A stretch of DNA of 17,732 nucleotides, from NCBI GenBank assembly GCA_046484865.1, contig JAWOID010000030.1:1-17732 (forward strand), given 5' to 3'. Source of the stretch: Candidatus Krumholzibacteriia bacterium. Its GTDB lineage: Bacteria; Krumholzibacteriota; Krumholzibacteriia; LZORAL124-64-63. The translations under genes and the position numbers were made by a program. This document shows positions 1 through 6,643 of this stretch, in pieces; position 1 is the first letter of the stretch, and every line of letters begins with the position of its first letter. The notes below the pieces were generated by a model. It was not told where the DNA came from, did not search any database, and saw nothing but the letters and a program-made list of their open reading frames with translations.

Positions 1-140
1 CGCCTCAGATCGTGGTCGCGGCGGAAGAAGCCGATCTTCTTGAAGCGCCAATCTCCTGCCAACTCGCTGTGGTAGAGGCAGTTCTCGTTGGGGCAGAAGG
101 GCGGGCGCCAGCCTGGGCGGTCGCAATCGTTGGTTTCCAT
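1..140 (-). CDS. N-terminal fragment (runs off the window) of a Cys/His-rich protein, possibly an IS1/InsA-like zinc-ribbon transposase-related protein
   Basis: Not in the ORF track. ATG at 140, 8 nt after the PAP2 stop; open to the window edge: METNDCDRPGWRPPFCPNENCLYHSELAGDWRFKKIGFFRRDHDLR. The CPNxxCxxH...WR..K.G pattern resembles the first half of an InsA-type Zn ribbon. Confidence 0.45.
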   Translation of the reverse strand, partial: METNDCDRPGWRPPFCPNENCLYHSELAGDWRFKKIGFFRRDHDLR

Positions 141-148
141 GCCCCCGG

Positions 149-871
149 TCAGGCAAGCGGCGGGCCAGACACATTCTCGCTGGCAGAACCAGTGGCATTC
201 CACGCTACCATCCAGCCCAGCAGCACCTGCGAAGGATAATGCGAGCGATCATTGAGCCGCGACCAGCCCGTCACGGTCGAGAGCACACCGGCGGTCGCAC
301 GCGCCGACGGGTGACCGAGACGGCGGGCCAGATTGAGCCACGGGACCGCCGCCATGAACGTGTGGCCCGAGGCGGCGTAGTGCCCCTCCAGGGGTGTCCA
401 GCGAGGGCTCGCGCCTTCATGGTCGGGCCGGGCGGAACCGAGTCCGTACTGCAATGTCCAGAGCGTGGGCAGCCCGACCAGCATGGCTTCGAAGTTCTTG
501 CGCCCCCACCGGGTGAAGGCGCTGCTGCGCCAGCCGGCATCCAGTGCCGTCGCCGTCGCCCACGCCAGGAACCAGAATCGTTCGCCCTGGAGCTTGGCCG
601 CACGTGCCACGACATCGCTTCCCGGTCCGCGCCGGCGGGCGTGCCAGGTCTCCAGATCCTCGTCCAGTCCGCTGTACGCCAGCGCGCCGGCACCGGCCAG
701 CGCTCCGCCCAGCCGCAGGAAGCTCCGGCGACTGTACATGCGGCGCCAGTACGGGCCGGTGTCGCGGATCGGCAGGCTACCGCGCGGCCTTGCTGCACCC
801 GGTGTGCGACCGGGTAGCGGCCACAGGAGAGACAGCGCGACGACCACGACGAGGACCAGGGCGACGATCAA
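149..871 (-). CDS. PAP2-superfamily (phosphatase-like) membrane-associated protein
   Basis: Motifs ARP, ASGHT and SRLNDRSHYPSQV correspond to PAP2 domains 1-3. The TTG start at 871 abuts the upstream stop; an alternative start is ATG 739. Confidence 0.75.
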   Translation of the reverse strand: MIVALVLVVVVALSLLWPLPGRTPGAARPRGSLPIRDTGPYWRRMYSRRSFLRLGGALAGAGALAYSGLDEDLETWHARRRGPGSDVVARAAKLQGERFWFLAWATATALDAGWRSSAFTRWGRKNFEAMLVGLPTLWTLQYGLGSARPDHEGASPRWTPLEGHYAASGHTFMAAVPWLNLARRLGHPSARATAGVLSTVTGWSRLNDRSHYPSQVLLGWMVAWNATGSASENVSGPPLA

Positions 872-1282
872 CTACGTCACCTCGCTGGAGAACGTGTCCC
901 GAGCGGCGCCCGGCCCGTTGCTCCGCGGCTGCAAACGTGTCTTCCGCCGCTCGCGATCGACCGCTACGTAGACGATGCGCGCCTCGGTCACGCACAGCAC
1001 TTCGCGAGTGTCGATCCGTTCCACCTCGACCACCAGGCGCACCGTCACCGACGTGGACCCATGATCCACCACCTCGCCGCCGAACATCAGCAGATCGCCC
1101 ACGAAGACCGGGTGCAGGAATCGGATCTCGTGCACCAGTAGCGTGACGAAGCGGTTATCGAAGCTGTCGCGTGCACAGATGGCGCCGGCGAGATCCAGGT
1201 GGGACATGATCACGCCGCCGAAGATGGTGCCGTGCATGTTGGTGTCTTTCGGCAACAGCGAGACCTTCAGGTATTCCTTCAT
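872..1282 (-). CDS. Acyl-CoA thioesterase, hotdog fold (YciA-like), 136 aa
   Basis: MKEYLKVSLLPKDTNMHGTIFGGVIMSHLDLAG carries the N-x-x-G-x-x-F-G-G...D hotdog signature, plus FLHPVFVGD and GSTS. ATG 1282 overlaps the upstream TGA (ATGA). Confidence 0.9.
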   Translation of the reverse strand: MKEYLKVSLLPKDTNMHGTIFGGVIMSHLDLAGAICARDSFDNRFVTLLVHEIRFLHPVFVGDLLMFGGEVVDHGSTSVTVRLVVEVERIDTREVLCVTEARIVYVAVDRERRKTRLQPRSNGPGAARDTFSSEVT

Positions 1283-2568
1283 GCCCCCTCCCTGGCAGCG
1301 GGCGCCGCCGGCGGCGTCCGGTCGAACAGCAGGTCCAGCACGTGGCCGGCGAGCGCGGGCGCGCTGGTCAGACCCGGCGAGTCGATGGCCACCAGGTTCA
1401 CGAGCCCGGCGCGCTCTCCGTCCTCGCGAGCCACGAGGAAGTCGCCGAATGCATCCTTCGTGCGCCGTGGTCTGATGCCGGCCCAGGCGGGGGACAGGTC
1501 CTCCGGCTCGAGGAACGGCAGGAAGCGGACGGCGCTCGCATGGAAAGCGCTCGACCGTCGCGGGTCCACCGAGTAGTCCTCTCGCGCGACGGGCGCGACG
1601 GGCGCGACGGGCGCGACGGGTGCGACGGGCGCGGCGGGCGCCGCGGGCGAGGCGTGCGCGGCCGGCCCGGACGGCGCTGACGGCAGTTCGGCGGGGCTCG
1701 GCCCCAGCGGCTCCATGTCGGGTCCCAGCCGGAGCTGCCCGGCCAGATCCACGCAGACGTGGATGCCGAGGGAGGCATCGGCAGCTGGACACGGATACAC
1801 CAGTCGCTGCAACCGTCCTGCATGGCGAGCAGCCACCGCGAAGTAGTTTCCCTTGACCCAGTACAGCCGCCACCCGCGGGCGTCCACATCGATCCCTGCC
1901 AGGCGGGCCACCGCGTCGGCGTACAGTCCGGCTGCGTTGACGACCCAGCGGCTGACGTGTTCCCACGCCTCGCCGACAGCGCCGGGGGCCGGCGCCACCC
2001 GGACCTGCCAGCCGCCGCGTTCGAGTGGTTCGAGCCGCCTGACCTCGGCACCGGTTAGTATCTGCGCGCCGCGTTCGACGGCCAGGCGGCCGTAGGCGCG
2101 GGCAGTCTCCTCGGCCGCGAAGATGGCGGTGCGCGGGGACAGCAGACCCGCCACCGCGCGGACATCCGGCTCCAGCCGCCTCAGTTCCTCCGGTCCGACC
2201 AGCCGCAGGTCTTCCACACCGTTGGCGCGGCCCAATTCCAGCAAGCGCGCCAGCTCCGTCTCCTCGTCGCCGGTCACCGCCACGATGAGCTTGCCGCATT
2301 CGCGCCAGGGCAGTCCGCTCGTCCGGCAGAAATTCTCCAGCAGGCGGCGGCCCGGAGCACAGAAGCGCGCCTTGAGCGAATCCACCGGGTAGTACATGCC
2401 GGCGTGGGCCACCTCGCTGTTGCGGGCGGTCGTGCCGAGCGCCAGACGCGGCTCACGCTCCAGGAGCACCGTCGAGAGCCCGCGGCCGGCGGCTTCCGCT
2501 GCCACCGCGCACCCGACGATGCCCCCGCCGACCACGGTGAGGTCGACGGTCGACTCGCTATCCGCCAC
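1279..2568 (-). CDS. FAD-dependent oxidoreductase, L-2-hydroxyglutarate oxidase (LhgO/L2HGDH) family
   Basis: Rossmann motif VVGGGIVG, TARNSEVAHAGMYY, CGKLIVA, VNAAGLYAD, KGNYF, LGIH, AGIRPR and IDSPGLTSAPA are all typical of the LhgO family. Confidence 0.88.
   Translation of the reverse strand: MADSESTVDLTVVGGGIVGCAVAAEAAGRGLSTVLLEREPRLALGTTARNSEVAHAGMYYPVDSLKARFCAPGRRLLENFCRTSGLPWRECGKLIVAVTGDEETELARLLELGRANGVEDLRLVGPEELRRLEPDVRAVAGLLSPRTAIFAAEETARAYGRLAVERGAQILTGAEVRRLEPLERGGWQVRVAPAPGAVGEAWEHVSRWVVNAAGLYADAVARLAGIDVDARGWRLYWVKGNYFAVAARHAGRLQRLVYPCPAADASLGIHVCVDLAGQLRLGPDMEPLGPSPAELPSAPSGPAAHASPAAPAAPVAPVAPVAPVAPVAREDYSVDPRRSSAFHASAVRFLPFLEPEDLSPAWAGIRPRRTKDAFGDFLVAREDGERAGLVNLVAIDSPGLTSAPALAGHVLDLLFDRTPPAAPAAREGA
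1585..1647. repeat. In-frame 9-bp tandem repeat (CGCGACGGG consensus, 7 units, 4 perfect) encoding PAAPAAPVAPVAPVAPVAPVA inside the oxidoreductase
   Basis: Read directly: cgcgacggg x4, tgcgacggg, cgcggcggg, cgccgcggg. Confidence 0.9.
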
Positions 2569-2585
2569 CGGTCGCCTCCCGCGGC

Positions 2586-3338
2586 TCAGTCGCCGCCATC
2601 CCGGCCCGGCACACTGCCCCCGGGCACACTGCCCCCGGGCGCACTCCCGCCCGGCATACTCCCGCCCGGCGCGCTCCCGCCTGGCGCGCTCCCGCCTGGC
2701 GCGCTCCCGCCCGGCGCGCTCCCGCCCGGCATACTCCCACCCGGCGCACTGCCGCCCGGCCCGCTACCGCCGGGCCCGCTGCCGCCGGGCCCGCTGCCGC
2801 CGGGCGCACTCCGGCCGGGCGCCTTCCCGTCAGATGTTCCGTCGTCGGGTGGGGCCGCGATCCCGAGATACTCCGCGAACGTCTGGGTGCGGTAAGCCTC
2901 CTCAGCGAGGTAGGCGAGCATCTGCCGGAACATGGGCGCATCGACGTAACCAGGCAGGTTCGTCAAGGGCTCGCCCTCGCTGGTGAGGAACCAGATGGTG
3001 GGCAGGCCGCGCACGAAGTACTGCTGGGCGATGCCGGGGCGCTCCTCGGTGTCGACCAGGGCGACGACGTAGTGCTCGCGCAGGTAGGCGATCACCTCCG
3101 GGTCGGTGTACGTCTCGGCCTTCATCATGCGGCAGTACTTGCACCAGTCGGCGGTGAAGTTGATCAGGAGCGGTTTGCCCGTCACGCGGGCCTGCTCGAT
3201 AGCCTGCTCGTAATCCAGCCAGCGGATGCCGCTGCTCTCCGTCACGGTGCCGGCGACGGCGGAGGCGGCGACCAGCGCCAGGAACGCCGCACCGCCGATC
3301 GTCGCTGCGGAACGATGTCGTCTCCGTCCGATGGTCAC
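2586..3338 (-). CDS. Exported thioredoxin-fold protein (SoxW/Thioredoxin_2/7-like, WCKYC) with a Pro-Gly-Ser repeat tail, 250 aa
   Basis: GTG 3338 overlaps the RluA stop (GTGA) and follows GGAGG. Signal peptide RRRHR...FLALVAASAVA; KPLLINFTADWCKYC; cis-Pro motif VRGLPT; LPGY. Confidence 0.88.
   Translation of the reverse strand: MTIGRRRHRSAATIGGAAFLALVAASAVAGTVTESSGIRWLDYEQAIEQARVTGKPLLINFTADWCKYCRMMKAETYTDPEVIAYLREHYVVALVDTEERPGIAQQYFVRGLPTIWFLTSEGEPLTNLPGYVDAPMFRQMLAYLAEEAYRTQTFAEYLGIAAPPDDGTSDGKAPGRSAPGGSGPGGSGPGGSGPGGSAPGGSMPGGSAPGGSAPGGSAPGGSAPGGSMPGGSAPGGSVPGGSVPGRDGGD
2611..2820. repeat. 15-bp coding tandem repeat, 14 units, encoding PG[G/R]S[A/G/M/V]
   Basis: Fourteen contiguous 15-mers such as gcgctcccgcccggc, acactgcccccgggc and ccgctgccgccgggc. 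Confidence 0.95.
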
Positions 3339-4036
3339 GTTCCATCCTCCCAGGCAGGCATTTCTTCCCAAGGCCACGAGGTCGAGGGCGGCGACTGCAG
3401 GATCACGGCCTCCCGGCTCACCGGGTGGGCGACCTCCAACCGCCATGCGTGCAAGGCGACGCTCCGGTCGGGCAGCCGCTCCGGAGCGCCATACTTCACG
3501 TCTCCCACGACGGGGCAGCCGGCCAGGGCCAGCTGGGCGCGGATCTGATGCCGCCGCCCGGTCCTCGGCTCCACCCTCAGCAGGCAGCGGCCGGCGGACC
3601 TCCCGACCACCGTATATACCAGTTCCGCCCGGCGCGAGCCCGGAAAACGCGCCACGGCGGCCAGGCTGACGCCGGCGGCGTCCGGCGCGGCAGCGATCTC
3701 CGCGCGCAGGATACCGGCGGCAGCCGGCGGTGCTCCCAGGACGACCGCCAGGTAGACCTTGCGGACCCGGCGCTCGCGGAACTCTCGCGAGAGCCGCGCG
3801 GCGGCCTTGCTGGTGCGTGCCAGGACGACGACCCCGGAGACGGGTCGATCGAGCCGGTGGACCAGTCCCACGTAGACGTTTCCCGGCTTCTCGTACTTCT
3901 GCTTGAGATAGGCGCGCGCCGCTTCCAGGAGCGTGGGGTCGCCCGTGCGGTCTCCCTGAACCAGCAGGCCGGCCGGCTTCACCACTCCCAGCACATGGTT
4001 GTCCTCATGCAGGACCTGCAGCACCGATGGTTCCAT
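3335..4036 (-). CDS. RluA-family RNA pseudouridine synthase
   Basis: Motifs VVKPAGL, VHRLDRPVSG (catalytic Asp), KVYLAVV, TGRRHQIRAQL, PVVGDVKYG and LHA; no S4 domain. Confidence 0.95.
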   Translation of the reverse strand: MEPSVLQVLHEDNHVLGVVKPAGLLVQGDRTGDPTLLEAARAYLKQKYEKPGNVYVGLVHRLDRPVSGVVVLARTSKAAARLSREFRERRVRKVYLAVVLGAPPAAAGILRAEIAAAPDAAGVSLAAVARFPGSRRAELVYTVVGRSAGRCLLRVEPRTGRRHQIRAQLALAGCPVVGDVKYGAPERLPDRSVALHAWRLEVAHPVSREAVILQSPPSTSWPWEEMPAWEDGT

Positions 4037-4080
4037 GGTCGCGCAGGTTAACAGACCCGCGCCGCCGCCGGAAGCGTCGG

Positions 4081-4270
4081 CTGCGGACTGCCGGAGTGCT
4101 GGACTGCCGGCTGCGGACTGCCGGAATGCCGGCTGCCGGACTGCCGGAGTGCTGGACTGCCGGCTGCGGACTTCCGGAATGCCGGAATGCCGGAATGCCG
4201 GCTGCCGGAATGCCGGTTGCCGGACTGCCGGAGTGCTGGACTGCCGGAGTGCTGGACTGCCGGAATGCCA
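4081..4270. repeat. Intergenic degenerate tandem array of about 24 units of 7-8 bp (consensus NTGCCGGA)
   Basis: Parses as ctgcgga/ctgccgga/gtgctgga/ctgccgg/atgccgga etc.; 16 octamers and 8 heptamers followed by atgcca. Confidence 0.92.
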
Positions 4271-4432
4271 TGTGCGCGGCGGCCGCTACCGCCGCTTCGC
4301 TGCTCAAGGCCGCTTGCCACATGACATGGGCGCGCCCGGCGGCTATCCTCGCCGGGTTGCGCCGGCGCGGCGCCTGCCGGTGATAGACCCCCGGCGACGG
4401 GCGCGGCCGGCGGCCTCACCCGAGGAGTTCCC

Positions 4433-6637
4433 ATGCCGTATGCCGCGCGGGCCCGGTGGATCCTCACCATCCTGCTGTTCGGCGCCGCGTGGTCGGGCGC
4501 CGCCTGCGACGATCGCGAGGACGCCGCCCCCACGGCTCGCACCATCTTCGAGCGGAAGCCGCACTCCATGAACGATCATCTCGACCGGCTCGCCTATCCG
4601 CCGGCCCGCATCGTCGACGTGACGGACGACTACCACGGCACGCCGGTGGCCGACCCGTATCGCTGGCTCGAGGACCTCGACAGCGACGAGACTCGTGCGT
4701 GGATCGCCGCGCAGAACGCACTGACCGAGTCGTTCCTGAGCACCATCCCCGCCCGCGAACACTACCTGCGGCGGCTGACCGAGCTGTGGAACTACGAGCG
4801 CCACAGCGCACCCATCCGCGAGGGAGGACGCCTCTTCTTCCAGCGCAACGACGGCCTGCAACCCCAGCCAGTGCTGTGGGTGCAGGACGGCCCGCAGGCA
4901 GAGCCGCGCGTGCTGCTGGACCCGAACGCCCTCTCCAGGGACGGGACGGTGGCTCTGGGCGCCATCGAGGTGAGCCGCGACGGGCGGCGGTTGGCCTGGT
5001 CGACGAACGTCGGCGGCAGCGACTGGCGCACCTGGCGGGTGCGCGACGTGGACACCGGCGACGATCTGCCGGACGTCGTGGAGTGGAGCAAGTTCTCCGG
5101 TGCCGCCTGGGACGAGTCCGGCGACGGTTTCTACTACAGCCGGTACGATGCGCCCGCCCCGGGATCGGCGCTCGAGGCCGTCAACGACTTCCACAAGCTC
5201 TACTATCACAGGGTGGGCACCTCGCAGCGCGACGACGTGCTGGTGTACGAGCGGCCCGACCGCAAGGATTGGGGCTTCGACGCCGAGGTGAGCGACGACG
5301 GCCGCTATCTCGTCATCAACGTCTGGCGGGGGTCCAGCCGGAACAACGGGCTGTTCTACCGGGACCTGGCCGTCCCGGACGGTCCGGTGGTGGCCTTGCT
5401 GGACGCCTTCGACGCCAGCTACGTCTTCGTGGGCAACGAGGGCCCCGTCTTCTTCCTGCACACGAATCTGGAGGCACCGCGCGGTCGCATCGTGGCTGTC
5501 GATATCCGCGACCCGGCAGAGCGGTCCTGGCGCACCCTGGTCCCCCAGACGGACGATCCCATCGAGGACGCGACCATCCTGAACCACAGCTTCGTCGTCA
5601 CCTACATGCAAGACGTGAAGCACGCGGTGCGGATCCATGCGCTCTCGGGCGAGCCCCTGGGGTCCGTCGACCTGCCCGGCCCGGGCTCGGTGACCGGGTT
5701 CCACGGCCGACCTCAAGACACCGCGACGCACTACCTGTTCACGTCGTTCCTCAACCCTGGCGAGATCCATCATCTCGACCTCACCACCGGCGTGAGCACG
5801 CTCTGGCGGGCGCCGCGGCTCGACTTCGACTTCTCGCGCTACGTGGCCCGACAGGTGTTCTACTTCAGCCAGGACGGCACCCGCATTCCCATGTTCCTGG
5901 TGCACCGGCGCGACCTGCGGCACGACGGCAGCCATCCCACCCTGCTGTACGGGTACGGCGGCTTCAATGCCGCCCTGACCCCCAGCTTCTCCGCCGGGCG
6001 TCTGCCGTGGCTGGAGCAGGGTGGCATCTGGGCCGTGGCCAGCGTGCGCGGCGGCGGGGAATACGGCGAGACGTGGCACCGAGCAGGCATGCTGGAGAGC
6101 AAGCAGAACACCTTCGACGACTTCATCGCCGGCGCCGAGTACCTGATCGAGGAGGGCTACACCAGCCCTGACCGGCTGGCCATCCATGGCGCGAGCAACG
6201 GCGGTCTGCTGGTGGGTGCGGTGGTGAATCAGCGGCCCGAGCTGTTCGCCGCCGCACTGCCGGCGGTGGGCGTGATGGACATGCTGAGGTTCCAGCACTG
6301 GACCATCGGCTGGGCCTGGACGTCTGATTACGGCAGCAGCGAGGATCCCGCCCTGTTCCCGGTGCTCCACGCCTATTCGCCCTACCACAACATCCGGTCG
6401 GGCGTGGCGTACCCGGCCGTGTTCGTGACCACCGCCGACCGCGACGACCGGGTGGTTCCCGCGCACAGCTTCAAGTACACGGCCCGTCTGCAGGCCGCCC
6501 AGGACGGTCCGCTGCCGATCCTCATCCGGGTAGAGACGCGGGCCGGACACGGGGCCGGGAAGCCCACGCAGAAACTCATCGAGGAGCACGCCGACCGCTA
6601 CACGTTCCTGCACCATGTGCTGCAGATGGGCGACTGA
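4433..6637 (+). CDS. Prolyl oligopeptidase (peptidase S9A), exported, possibly a lipoprotein
   Basis: RBS GAGGAG; DPYRWLED; YGYGGFN; RGGGEYG; catalytic GASNGG, DDRVVP and AGHG; hydrophobic N-terminus ending in GAA-C25. Confidence 0.95.
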   Translation: MPYAARARWILTILLFGAAWSGAACDDREDAAPTARTIFERKPHSMNDHLDRLAYPPARIVDVTDDYHGTPVADPYRWLEDLDSDETRAWIAAQNALTESFLSTIPAREHYLRRLTELWNYERHSAPIREGGRLFFQRNDGLQPQPVLWVQDGPQAEPRVLLDPNALSRDGTVALGAIEVSRDGRRLAWSTNVGGSDWRTWRVRDVDTGDDLPDVVEWSKFSGAAWDESGDGFYYSRYDAPAPGSALEAVNDFHKLYYHRVGTSQRDDVLVYERPDRKDWGFDAEVSDDGRYLVINVWRGSSRNNGLFYRDLAVPDGPVVALLDAFDASYVFVGNEGPVFFLHTNLEAPRGRIVAVDIRDPAERSWRTLVPQTDDPIEDATILNHSFVVTYMQDVKHAVRIHALSGEPLGSVDLPGPGSVTGFHGRPQDTATHYLFTSFLNPGEIHHLDLTTGVSTLWRAPRLDFDFSRYVARQVFYFSQDGTRIPMFLVHRRDLRHDGSHPTLLYGYGGFNAALTPSFSAGRLPWLEQGGIWAVASVRGGGEYGETWHRAGMLESKQNTFDDFIAGAEYLIEEGYTSPDRLAIHGASNGGLLVGAVVNQRPELFAAALPAVGVMDMLRFQHWTIGWAWTSDYGSSEDPALFPVLHAYSPYHNIRSGVAYPAVFVTTADRDDRVVPAHSFKYTARLQAAQDGPLPILIRVETRAGHGAGKPTQKLIEEHADRYTFLHHVLQMGD

Positions 6638-6643
6638 CCGCGC

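Noticed and set aside
1283..2299. Long N-terminal extension of ORF 872..2299
   Set aside because: It is an Arg/Gly-rich alternative frame overlapping the oxidoreductase; the thioesterase starts at ATG 1282 with ATGA coupling.
2404..2895. Plus-strand Pro-rich ORF (LPPGA)n that looks collagen- or formin-like
   Set aside because: It is the antisense reading of the thioredoxin tail repeat, overlaps two real genes and has no Gly-X-Y period.
4005..4571. Cys-rich ORFs across the 7/8-bp array, and the array as a possible CRISPR
   Set aside because: Translations are repeat artefacts of mixed unit length; there are no unique spacers, no 23-47-bp repeats and no cas genes.
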